From: a virus
Lineage: Duplodnaviria; Heunggongvirae; Uroviricota; Caudoviricetes
Length of the DNA: 35,452 bases
Direction: 5' to 3' (one strand)
IMG/VR virus record: IMGVR_UViG_2563366975_000004
Shown: piece after piece, positions 25,622-33,785 of the stretch
Numbering within the stretch: position 1 is the first letter of the stretch
Layout of the letters: each line of letters begins with the position of its first letter
Program-made: the position numbers and the translations under genes
The notes under the pieces: generated by a model
What the model was told of the DNA's origin: nothing
Seen by the model: only the letters and a program-made list of their open reading frames with translations
Database searches by the model: none

Positions 25622-25966
25622 ATGACTCAAAACTATGAACTGATTGTGAAAGGGATCCGCAATTTTGAGAATAAAGTTACGGTAACTTTAGCGTTACGGG
25701 ACAAAAAACGCTTTGACGGTGAAATTTTTGACCTGGACATCTCGCTGGACCGTGTTGAAGGTGCCGCGCTGGAGTTTTATGAGGCAGCAGCCAGAAGGAG
25801 CATCAGACAGGTCTTCCTGGATGTTGCTGCCGGGTTATGTGAAGGGGATGAGCAGTCGCCGGAAAAGCGCCCCGTAATTTTAGAGGCGCAGGATGTGTTG
25901 ATAACCTACAGAGGAAAACTACCGGGAATAATTACTGGTTCTCTGAAGAGTCCGCCGAAATGGTAA
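25622..25966 (+). CDS. Hypothetical protein (114 aa) inserted between holin and endolysin
   Basis: GGGGAGAG RBS; no family recognised. Confidence 0.5.
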   Translation: MTQNYELIVKGIRNFENKVTVTLALRDKKRFDGEIFDLDISLDRVEGAALEFYEAAARRSIRQVFLDVAAGLCEGDEQSPEKRPVILEAQDVLITYRGKLPGIITGSLKSPPKW

Positions 25967-26204
25967 TTTTACCAGCATATTTTTCATCCAGTAATACAGC
26001 AAGCCGCCTGAAAGAGTCTTGTTGTTCCTGAGACCATTTGGGATTGCATGATTCAAACTGGATTGATGCCAGCGTTGATTGCATCTGTTCCCTTGGAATT
26101 GAGAATGCCAGATATGAGAAGGCGACGGTAAGGGTATTCACGTCTTCCCGAAGCCTGGAAATGCTGTCGAGCAACTCCTGTAGAGAAATGGTGTTATTGT
26201 CCAT
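25932..26204 (-). CDS. Hypothetical protein (90 aa), convergent with the preceding gene
   Basis: GAGGA 6 nt upstream of ATG on the minus strand; 3' ends of the two genes overlap by about 35 nt. Confidence 0.5.
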   Translation of the reverse strand: MDNNTISLQELLDSISRLREDVNTLTVAFSYLAFSIPREQMQSTLASIQFESCNPKWSQEQQDSFRRLAVLLDEKYAGKITISADSSENQ

Positions 26205-26309
26205 AAATAATCCTCATGATTGTATTGACCTGTTAGCAGCCTGAGGCAACAGGCTGGAACTGATAAACATATCCAGGGCTCAGAAACCGATAAATCCTGA
26301 TAAATATCC

Positions 26310-26843
26310 ATGAACGCAAAAATCAGATACGGCCTGTCGGCTGCCGTTCTGGCGCTGATTGCCGCTGGTGCGCCTGCGCCTGACATTCTCGACCAGTTTC
26401 TGGATGAAAAGGAAGGTAACCACACCACGGCATACCGTGATGGCGCGGGTATCTGGACCATCTGCCGCGGTGCCATCCTGGTGGATGGCAAACCTGTCGT
26501 TCCGGGCATGAAGTTGTCGAAGGAAAAATGCGACCGGGTTAACGCCATTGAGCGTGATAAGGCGCTGGCATGGGTGGAGAAAAACATCAGAGTGCCATTG
26601 AGTGAACCCCAGAAAGCGGGGATCGCGTCATTCTGTCCGTACAACATTGGCCCCGGTAAGTGTTTTCCGTCGACGTTTTATAAACGAATTAATGCAGGTG
26701 ATCGCAGGGGAGCGTGTGAGGCGATTCGCTGGTGGATTAAGGACGGTGGCAGGGACTGCCGTATTCGCTCAAATAACTGTTACGGTCAGGTATCCCGTCG
26801 TGACCAGGAGAGCGCGCTGGCGTGCTGGGGAATCGACAGATAA
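26310..26843 (+). CDS. Endolysin, lysozyme (GH24-like) with N-terminal signal-anchor-release-like segment (177 aa)
   Basis: N-terminal Gly/Ala-rich weakly hydrophobic segment GLSAAVLALIAAGAPA; catalytic E...D...T arrangement (DEKEGNHTTAYRDGAGIWTICRG). Confidence 0.85.
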   Translation: MNAKIRYGLSAAVLALIAAGAPAPDILDQFLDEKEGNHTTAYRDGAGIWTICRGAILVDGKPVVPGMKLSKEKCDRVNAIERDKALAWVEKNIRVPLSEPQKAGIASFCPYNIGPGKCFPSTFYKRINAGDRRGACEAIRWWIKDGGRDCRIRSNNCYGQVSRRDQESALACWGIDR

Positions 26844-26933
26844 GCAGAATATTTTGCTAATAAATGACGTTGGCCAAGGCGGACGGATAACACGAAATCC
26901 TGCGAACTGGCAAAATGTAAGTGAATAAAAGTA

Positions 26934-26972
26934 AAAACCCCGTTTGTTGGCAGCAAGCGGGGTTTTGTTTTT
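26934..26972. terminator. Hairpin with flanking A- and T-runs (possible bidirectional terminator)
   Basis: aaaaccccg ... cggggtttt stem with about 15-nt loop, T-run downstream and A-run upstream. Confidence 0.4.
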
Positions 26973-27037
26973 ATGGCAGTAAGCTATGGGAGGCTGCCTT
27001 GATTGATTTTAGCAAACTGATTAGGGAGTTGCGACTC

Positions 27038-27133
27038 ATGATTAGTCAATTACCAAACTGGAAATTTTTGCTGGTCTGGAGCATCCCTTTTTTATGGGTA
27101 GTATCCCAGTTAATTGTGGCAATTAAGGGGTAG
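27038..27133 (+). CDS. Micro-ORF 1, hydrophobic peptide (31 aa; not in ORF track)
   Basis: MISQLPNWKFLLVWSIPFLWVVSQLIVAIKG; GGGAG upstream. Confidence 0.3.
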   Translation: MISQLPNWKFLLVWSIPFLWVVSQLIVAIKG

Positions 27134-27135
27134 CT

Positions 27136-27267
27136 ATGTCAGACAAACTCATAACGCCGGCAAAGGTCCTGTGTGTGATTGTCGGTATTTCATTTTCACT
27201 AATGCTGGTTGCTCTTTTTCTGTCCCTCGCCTGGGTGATGTTGTCTTCGTCGGGGCTGCTGGGGTGA
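27136..27267 (+). CDS. Micro-ORF 2, hydrophobic peptide (43 aa; not in ORF track)
   Basis: MSDKLITPAKVLCVIVGISFSLMLVALFLSLAWVMLSSSGLLG; AAGGGG RBS 6 nt upstream. Confidence 0.35.
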   Translation: MSDKLITPAKVLCVIVGISFSLMLVALFLSLAWVMLSSSGLLG

Positions 27268-27386
27268 CAGTGACTGATGACATCAGCAGAGCGCTGGCTT
27301 TTGCTATTAAGTGGGTGGCTGTTGGTATTGCTGTGTCTCCGATGCTGTATGGGCTGGCAAAACTGGTCATTGCGCTGAAATCGTGA
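27264..27386 (+). CDS. Micro-ORF 3, hydrophobic peptide (about 40 aa, GTG start)
   Basis: VTVTDDISRALAFAIKWVAVGIAVSPMLYGLAKLVIALKS; start overlaps stop of micro-ORF 2 (GTGA); paralogous to micro-ORF 4. Confidence 0.3.
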   Translation: MTVTDDISRALAFAIKWVAVGIAVSPMLYGLAKLVIALKS

Positions 27387-27397
27387 ACTTTAAAAAG

Positions 27398-27484
27398 ATG
27401 AGTGCTGAACTTATTCGGGCAATGGCATTTGCCATTCGTATTGTGGCCATTGCTGTTCTGGTCTGGGCAATCCGTTGGTGGTGA
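27398..27484 (+). CDS. Micro-ORF 4, hydrophobic peptide (28 aa; not in ORF track)
   Basis: [28 protein letters not shown]; stop overlaps Rz start (TGATATG). Confidence 0.3.
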   Translation: MSAELIRAMAFAIRIVAIAVLVWAIRWW

Positions 27485-27485
27485 T

Positions 27486-27980
27486 ATGAACCGTGTTCTG
27501 TGTGTGGTGATTATTGTCCTGCTGGTAGCCTGTGGTGTGCTTAGTCTGGGGCTGAATCATTACCGCGATAACGCCATCACCTACAAAGCGCAGCGCGATA
27601 AAAAAGTCAGTGAGCTGAAACTGGCGAACGCGACAATTACTGATATGCAGATACGCCAGCGTGATGTCGCTGAACTTGATGCCAGATACTCGAGGGAATT
27701 AGCCGATGCGAGAGCTGAAAATGAAACTCTGCGTGCTGATGTTGCCGCTGGTCGTAAGCGCCTGCGGATCAACGCCACCTGCTCCGGTACCGTGCGTGAA
27801 GCCACCGGCACCTCCGGCGTGGATAATGCAACCGGCCCCCGACTGGCAGACACCGCTGAACGGGATTATTTCATCCTCAGAGAACGGTTGATGACAATGC
27901 AGAAGCAGCTGGAAGGGGCGCAGGAATATATCCGCACTCAGTGCACTAAGCTGGCTTTTTATTATCCGGAGGATACATGA
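27486..27980 (+). CDS. Rz-like i-spanin (164 aa from internal ATG)
   Basis: N-terminal TM segment then coiled-coil-rich periplasmic domain; contains embedded Rz1-like ORF in +1 frame. Confidence 0.7.
   Translation: MNRVLCVVIIVLLVACGVLSLGLNHYRDNAITYKAQRDKKVSELKLANATITDMQIRQRDVAELDARYSRELADARAENETLRADVAAGRKRLRINATCSGTVREATGTSGVDNATGPRLADTAERDYFILRERLMTMQKQLEGAQEYIRTQCTKLAFYYPEDT
27706..27891 (+). CDS. Rz1-like o-spanin lipoprotein embedded in Rz
   Basis: Lipobox LVVSAC followed by proline-rich sequence; entirely within Rz in another frame. Confidence 0.65.
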   Translation: MRELKMKLCVLMLPLVVSACGSTPPAPVPCVKPPAPPAWIMQPAPDWQTPLNGIISSSENG

Positions 27981-28201
27981 AGAAATTACGGGTAACCGTA
28001 GAACCTTTTCAGGGAACAATTCCGTTCCGTATTTTGCAGCGTGGTCGTGTTCTTGTTGAAGGTTCGTTCAGTGGTAAATGTACGCAATTACACTCCCGGA
28101 CCTTTCAGGTGAATGCCACGAATGAAGAGCTAACCGTGGAGTGTACGATGAATGCCGCTAAATGCCGCATGGTATCCGCTGCATTACAACCAGTGTGTTG
28201 A
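27977..28201 (+). CDS. Hypothetical protein (74 aa)
   Basis: ATG overlaps Rz stop; no family recognised. Confidence 0.3.
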   Translation: MKKLRVTVEPFQGTIPFRILQRGRVLVEGSFSGKCTQLHSRTFQVNATNEELTVECTMNAAKCRMVSAALQPVC

Positions 28202-28399
28202 GCGACCTTATTATCCATGCGCGGTATTGTCGCCGTATTCCTGCATTAACAGAGACCGCAGCCCGACAGGGAGACTCCTCTGCGCGAGTGTGCGGGGATA
28301 ATCAAAAACGATACACACCGGGGTTTACCGCGTTAACGGAGCGCGGCGTTGTCCCCTCATAGTCGCCTGTCCGGTGCGATGGTGGAAGAAACCGAACGT

Positions 28400-28600
28400 T
28401 CATTTCTCGTTATTTGTCATGCTGGCCGGGCGCAGATGCGTTGCATCTGTTGCCAGCCTTCTCCTGCAGGCTTCAATAACCCACGCTGAAAAGTTACCGG
28501 ACCCTTTATGCTCAAGGGCGATGTTGATCTGTTCAATTATGTGATTGGGGAAACGGATATTGCGGGTTGTGGTTCTGCGGGTCCGGTTTTTCGATGACAT
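28400..28600 (-). CDS. Ribbon-helix-helix (CopG/Arc-like) DNA-binding protein (66 aa from internal ATG)
   Basis: AAGGA RBS 8 nt upstream of ATG at 28600; RHH-like segment NIRFPNHIIEQINIALEHKGSGNFSAWVIEACRRRL. Confidence 0.5.
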   Translation of the reverse strand: MSSKNRTRRTTTRNIRFPNHIIEQINIALEHKGSGNFSAWVIEACRRRLATDATHLRPASMTNNEK

Positions 28601-28641
28601 ATTTATTTCCTTTACTGATTGCCATATGACGGGGATTTTAC

Positions 28642-29007
28642 ATGGCTGAGCTTCGTACACTCCAGAGCAGAATCAAAACACTGAATACCCGACGGGTGAA
28701 TATTCTGAAGGGGGAGCAGCGTCGTGTCAGTGGCAGTGCACGTGTTTCCCTCAAGCGTCATATCTGGCTGAGGGACGCCGGGCAGTGCTGTATCTGTGGT
28801 CGTGTGGTTGACCTCTGTGACAGTGAACTCGATCACCGAATTGCACTTCAGTTCGGTGGTGGTAATGAGGAGACGAATCTTTGGACGCTCTGTGCCGAAT
28901 GCCATCGACAAAAGTCTGCTCGTGAAGCGGCGAGTGGTATGCCGGACCCGACGCTGCCGGAGGTGTCCGGAGGTAGTGGCAGAGAGGACGACATCATCGG
29001 ACTGTAA
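28642..29007 (+). CDS. HNH endonuclease (121 aa), terminase-associated
   Basis: CxxC...DH...N...CxxCH arrangement (CCICGRVVDLCDSELDHRIALQFGGGNEETNLWTLCAECH); immediately upstream of cos-like region and terminase genes. Confidence 0.8.
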   Translation: MAELRTLQSRIKTLNTRRVNILKGEQRRVSGSARVSLKRHIWLRDAGQCCICGRVVDLCDSELDHRIALQFGGGNEETNLWTLCAECHRQKSAREAASGMPDPTLPEVSGGSGREDDIIGL

Positions 29008-29094
29008 CCCAACCCGGGGGGGTATCATCCGGCGTAAAAAACGATCGCTTTGGACACCGCGCCCCCTCTCACGCAGAGAAAAAATTCCCGTTTC

Positions 29095-29225
29095 AGGGCA
29101 GTTAACATGTTAACTGGCTGCCCGGGCATTTTTGCGGTTTTTATCTTTATTATTCAGTTTGTTGTGCGGAAAAAATGTTAACAGGCTTTTTCAGCAAATG
29201 TTAACCAGGCAGCAGTTAACATTTG
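29095..29225. promoter_or_regulatory. Candidate cos region: 18-bp perfect palindrome plus three TGTTAAC repeats
   Basis: CAGTTAACATGTTAACTG at 29099..29116 (flanked by gggcag/ctgccc); TGTTAAC copies at 29176, 29199 and 29215; lies between HNH and small-terminase genes. Confidence 0.4.
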
Positions 29226-29296
29226 CGGCATGAGACGCCGGGAAAAATGGGCTGAACCATACCCGGCTGAGTGCGTTCTGGACCCGGGAGGAGGCT

Positions 29297-29860
29297 GTGC
29301 TGACAACGCAAAAACGAAAATTTGCGCTGGCGCTCATGTCCGGGAAAAACAAAACAGCGTCAGCCATTGCCGCCGGTTATTCGGCGAAGACCGCCAGGGT
29401 TAAAGGCTCGCAGCTGGCAAAAGATCCGGAGGTGCTTGCGTTTATAGCCCGTAAACAATGCGAGACGGTGGAGGTGGATGAGGTTCCTGTTTACCGGCAG
29501 AAAAAATCAGAGCAGGAGGATAAACCCCGTCGCCGTGAGGCGGCTGCAATACCACAGCCGGACGAAAACAATCCGGAGATGCCACCGTCCGCGGTGATGT
29601 CTCCTGGTATTGAATATATGGAGGATGGTCTTCCCGATCCGGTGAAAGCCATGGGGCGGATCCTGGTGGAAAACCTCTGCATTGATCCGAAACTGGCACT
29701 GGATGCGGCCTGGCGTCTGGCGCAGTTCACGCACCATAAAAAAGGGGATACCGGGAAAAAATCGGCAAAAGGTGATGCCGCGAAAAAAGCGGCTAACCGT
29801 TTTGCGGTGCCACCGCCACCCCGACTGGTGGTGAATAACGATAATGAGGGCAACGGATGA
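29297..29860 (+). CDS. Terminase small subunit (187 aa, GTG start)
   Basis: GGGAGGAGG RBS; N-terminal HTH-like region; immediately upstream of large terminase. Confidence 0.7.
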   Translation: MLTTQKRKFALALMSGKNKTASAIAAGYSAKTARVKGSQLAKDPEVLAFIARKQCETVEVDEVPVYRQKKSEQEDKPRRREAAAIPQPDENNPEMPPSAVMSPGIEYMEDGLPDPVKAMGRILVENLCIDPKLALDAAWRLAQFTHHKKGDTGKKSAKGDAAKKAANRFAVPPPPRLVVNNDNEGNG

Positions 29861-31518
29861 TACCTGTATGGAGCACAGCCTGCCCGGACTGGGCAGAGCG
29901 CCTGAAAAAGGGGCTGTCGATTATTCCGGATCCGATTTATCCGGACGAGGCCGCACATGCCCTGGCGATTTTTAAACAACTGCGGATTGTGGATGCACCT
30001 GGTAGCCCTACGTTCGGGGAGTCCTGTGCACCGTGGGTGTTTGACCTGGTGGCGGCCCTGTTTGGCTCCTACGATGCGCAGACCGGTGTACGCCATATCA
30101 AGGAAGTTTTTATCCTTATCCCCAAGAAAAACTCGAAGTCCACGCTGGCCGCGGGGATCATGATGACTGCACTGTTACTGAACTGGCGGCAGGCGGCGGG
30201 TTACACGATTCTGGCCCCGACTGTGGAGGTGGCGGCCAACGCCTTCAACCCTGCCCGGGATATGGTACGACGTGACGATGATCTGGATGATCTCTGCCAG
30301 GTACAGACCCATATCCGGACCATCACCCACCGGGTGACAGACACCACCCTGAAGGTGGTGGCAGCCGATCCGAATACGGTGTCCGGTATCAAGTCCGTGG
30401 GTACGCTGATTGATGAGTTGTGGCTGTTTGGCAAGCAGTGCAAGGCGGAGGACATGTTACGTGAAGCCATAGGCGGCCTTGCCTCCCGCCCGGAAGGGTT
30501 TGTGGTGTATACGACCACCCAGTCGAATGAACCGCCCGCCGGGGTGTTCAGACAGAAACTGCAGTACGCCCGGGATGTGCGCGACGGCAAAATTCATGAT
30601 CCGCACTTTCTGCCGGTGATATTTGAACACCCTCCTGAAATGGTGGAAAGCGGGGCTCACCTGCTGATGGAAAACCTCGCCATGGTCAATCCTAATCTCG
30701 GCTATTCAGTGGATGAGGCCTTTCTGTACCGGGAGTACCGTAAAGCCCGGGAAGCCGGTGAAGAGACATTCCGGGGGTTCATGTCAAAACACGCCAATGT
30801 GGAAATTGGTCTTGCCCTGCGCTCTGACCGCTGGGCGGGGGCTGATTTCTGGGAAGAGCAGGGCCGTTGTATCAGCCTGGACGATATCCTGCGTCGTGCT
30901 GATGTGGTGACGGTGGGGATTGACGGCGGAGGGCTGGATGATCTGCTGGGGATGTATGTGATTGGGCGTGACCGGGAGACCCGCGAATGGCTGGGCTGGG
31001 GCCATGCCTGGGCGCATGAAACCGCGGTGGTCCGACGGAAGAGCGAGGCGTCCCGGTTTCAGGATCTTGTTGCCTGTGGAGATATGACCATTGTCCGGCG
31101 TGTCGGGGATGACACGGCGGAAGTGGCGGAATATGTGCGTCGCATTCATGAGGCTGAGTTACTGGACCATATCGGTATTGACCCGTCAGGGGTGGGGCAG
31201 ATTCTGGATTCACTGGCGGAAGCCGGGATCCCCGACGGAATTGTGGTGGGGATAAGCCAGGGCTGGAAACTGGGCGGGGCCATTAAAACCACCGAGCGCA
31301 AACTGGCTGAAGGGGTGCTGGTGCATGGTGACCAGCCCCTGATGGCCTGGTGTGTCGGCAATGCCCGGGTGGAGCCTAAAGGTAACGCCATTCTTATCAC
31401 CAAACAGGCCAGTGGACGGGGAAAAATTGACCCGCTGATGGCGCTGTTCAATGCGGTCTCCCTGATGTCCCTTAACCCGGAACCGAAAAAGAAAGAATAT
31501 GCGGTTTTTTTCATATAA
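29857..31518 (+). CDS. Terminase large subunit (553 aa)
   Basis: Walker A-like ILIPKKNSKST and acidic nuclease-domain region; size and position typical of TerL. Confidence 0.85.
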   Translation: MIPVWSTACPDWAERLKKGLSIIPDPIYPDEAAHALAIFKQLRIVDAPGSPTFGESCAPWVFDLVAALFGSYDAQTGVRHIKEVFILIPKKNSKSTLAAGIMMTALLLNWRQAAGYTILAPTVEVAANAFNPARDMVRRDDDLDDLCQVQTHIRTITHRVTDTTLKVVAADPNTVSGIKSVGTLIDELWLFGKQCKAEDMLREAIGGLASRPEGFVVYTTTQSNEPPAGVFRQKLQYARDVRDGKIHDPHFLPVIFEHPPEMVESGAHLLMENLAMVNPNLGYSVDEAFLYREYRKAREAGEETFRGFMSKHANVEIGLALRSDRWAGADFWEEQGRCISLDDILRRADVVTVGIDGGGLDDLLGMYVIGRDRETREWLGWGHAWAHETAVVRRKSEASRFQDLVACGDMTIVRRVGDDTAEVAEYVRRIHEAELLDHIGIDPSGVGQILDSLAEAGIPDGIVVGISQGWKLGGAIKTTERKLAEGVLVHGDQPLMAWCVGNARVEPKGNAILITKQASGRGKIDPLMALFNAVSLMSLNPEPKKKEYAVFFI

Positions 31519-31543
31519 CCCTGTTCACACTGTAACCATCACG

Positions 31544-31568
31544 AACCGCTCCGGCGGTTTTTTTATTT
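31544..31568 (+). terminator. Hairpin plus T-run between terminase and capsid genes
   Basis: aaccgc-tccg-gcggtt followed by a run of T; directly upstream of the AGGAGG RBS of the next gene. Confidence 0.45.
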
Positions 31569-31581
31569 TCAGGAGGCTGAT

Positions 31582-33519
31582 GTGACTCTTAAACGGGCCT
31601 GTTCCCTGCTGACGGTGAAATCCTTCAGTGAGGATGAACGAGTGATCACCGGGATTGCGTCAACGCCTTCTCCGGATCGGGATGGTGACATCCTGGAGCC
31701 GGAGGGCGCGGAGTTTGGCAGTGCGATCCCGTTTCTCTGGCAGCATGACCATTCCCGCCCGGTGGGGCAGTGTACGGTGCGCCGGGTCAGCGAAGGGCTG
31801 GAAATCACGGCAACACTGGTGAAGCCCGTACCGGATATGCCGTCGCAACTGGCTGCCCGGCTGGATGAGGTCTGGGCGGCCATTAAGACCGGGCTGGTCA
31901 GGGGGCTGTCCGTGGGCTTCCGTCCCCATGAATACACCTTTCTGGACGGAGGCGGACTGCATTTTCTGCGCTGGGAACTGATGGAGGTGTCTGCCGTCAC
32001 CGTGCCCGCGAATGCGGAATGCACCATCCGGACCATTAAATCTTACGACCGCCCGTTTTCTGCCGCGTCCGGCAACCGGAAACCGGTGGTGAAAATCGCA
32101 TCTTCTGCCGGCGCTGCGGCACAGTCAACAACCGTTTTTCATAAGGAAAAGACCATAATGAATATTGGCGAACAGATTAAAAGTTTTGAAAACAAGCGTG
32201 CAGCGCTGGCAGCCTCCCTTGAGGAGGTCATGACCAAAGCCGCAGAGGAAGGGCGCACGCTGGATGTGGAGGAGGAAGAGCATTACGACAACACCGCAGC
32301 GGAAATCCGTCAGGTGGATGCGCACCTGAAGCGCCTGCGTGAACTGGAAGCCGGTAAGGCCGCCACGGCGCAGCCGGTGAAACAGGCCGGTAACGGGAAT
32401 GTGGCCGCGGTGGCTTCTGCGCCGGTGATCCGTGTGGAGCAGAAACTGGATAAGGGGATTGGCTTCGCCCGCTTTGCCAAATCGCTGGCTGCGGCTAAAG
32501 GCGTCCGATCTGAAGCCCTGGAAGTGGCCCGTCGTCAGTATCCGGATGACAGTCGTCTGCATCATGTCCTGAAATCGGCAGTGGGCGCGGGGACCACCAC
32601 GGATCCGCAGTGGGCAGGCAGCCTGTCTGAATATCAGGAATACGCACAGGACTTTATTGATTACCTGCGTCCGCAGACCATTATCGGGCGATTTGGTCAG
32701 GGCGGGATCCCTGCACTTCGTCAGGTGCCGTTCAATATCCGTGTGCACGCCCAGGTGTCCGGCGGTGCTGCCGGCTGGGTGGGTGAGGGTAAGGCAAAAC
32801 CCCTGACGAAGTTTGATTTTGAATCCATCACCTTCAGTCATGCGAAGGTGTCGGCCATTGCGGTACTGACGGAAGAATTGATCCGTTTTTCCAGTCCGGC
32901 TGCTGATGCACTGGTCCGTAATGCGCTGGCGGAAGCGGTGGTGGCGCGTCTGGATACAGACTTTGTGGACCCGAAAAAAGCCGCAGTGGCAGATGTCTCC
33001 CCGGCGTCCATCACCCATGATGTGAAGGGCACGGCATCAACCGGTAACCCGGATGCGGATGCAGAGGCTGCGTTTGGACAGTTTGTGGCAGCAAACCTGC
33101 AGCCCACCGGTGCGGTCTGGCTGATGTCCAGCACCAATGCCCTGGCACTGTCCATGCGTAAAAATGCGCTGGGTCAGAAGGAATACCCGGACATGACCCT
33201 GCTGGGTGGCTCCTTCCAGGGGCTGCCGGTGATTGTCTCCCAGTACGTGGGTGACCAGCTGGTGCTGGTGAATGCCCCGGATATTTATCTGGCGGATGAC
33301 GGCGGCGTGGCAGTGGATATGTCCCGCGAGGCATCACTGGAAATGCAGTCTGAGCCGGGCGGCGACAGTACCACGCCGTCCCCGGTGGAGCTGGTTTCCA
33401 TGTTCCAGACAGGCAGCGTGGCCATCCGTGCGGAGCGCTGGATCAACTGGCGTCGTCGCCGTACCGCGGCGGTGGCGGTGATCACCGGAGTGAACTACGG
33501 CAGTGCGTCCGGCGGCTGA
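31582..33519 (+). CDS. Prohead protease - scaffold - major capsid protein fusion, HK97-like (645 aa)
   Basis: N-terminal HK97-protease-like motif (GIAS...DRDGDILEPEGAEFG...PFLWQHD...PVG), central coiled-coil linker, C-terminal HK97-fold capsid-like region. Confidence 0.7.
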   Translation: MTLKRACSLLTVKSFSEDERVITGIASTPSPDRDGDILEPEGAEFGSAIPFLWQHDHSRPVGQCTVRRVSEGLEITATLVKPVPDMPSQLAARLDEVWAAIKTGLVRGLSVGFRPHEYTFLDGGGLHFLRWELMEVSAVTVPANAECTIRTIKSYDRPFSAASGNRKPVVKIASSAGAAAQSTTVFHKEKTIMNIGEQIKSFENKRAALAASLEEVMTKAAEEGRTLDVEEEEHYDNTAAEIRQVDAHLKRLRELEAGKAATAQPVKQAGNGNVAAVASAPVIRVEQKLDKGIGFARFAKSLAAAKGVRSEALEVARRQYPDDSRLHHVLKSAVGAGTTTDPQWAGSLSEYQEYAQDFIDYLRPQTIIGRFGQGGIPALRQVPFNIRVHAQVSGGAAGWVGEGKAKPLTKFDFESITFSHAKVSAIAVLTEELIRFSSPAADALVRNALAEAVVARLDTDFVDPKKAAVADVSPASITHDVKGTASTGNPDADAEAAFGQFVAANLQPTGAVWLMSSTNALALSMRKNALGQKEYPDMTLLGGSFQGLPVIVSQYVGDQLVLVNAPDIYLADDGGVAVDMSREASLEMQSEPGGDSTTPSPVELVSMFQTGSVAIRAERWINWRRRRTAAVAVITGVNYGSASGG

Positions 33520-33563
33520 GTCTGATAAGGAGGACGGGAGGCGTGCGCCTCCCGTAACAGGTT

Positions 33564-33785
33564 ATGGCAAAGATCCGATATCTGCAGGGCACGCATGATG
33601 CCCGGGCCGGGGATATCCGTGATGTGGCACAGCCGTGTGCGGAGGTGCTGGTTCGCCTGGGAAAGGCGGAGTACATCACGGTGCGACGTCCGGCAGGTCA
33701 GAAAAAGAAACGTGATGCGGAGCATGGCGAATGTGGAACCTTTTACGGCGAACCCGAAAAAACCAGAAATCAGGACGTGACGTAA
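33564..33785 (+). CDS. Hypothetical small protein (73 aa)
   Basis: ORF between capsid and portal genes; overlaps portal start in another frame; weak. Confidence 0.3.
   Translation: MAKIRYLQGTHDARAGDIRDVAQPCAEVLVRLGKAEYITVRRPAGQKKKRDAEHGECGTFYGEPEKTRNQDVT

Noticed and set aside
29442-30096. Minus-strand ORFs (85-201 aa) opposite the terminase genes
   Set aside because: Antisense to strongly supported terminase genes; Arg/Pro-rich translations typical of GC-rich shadow frames.
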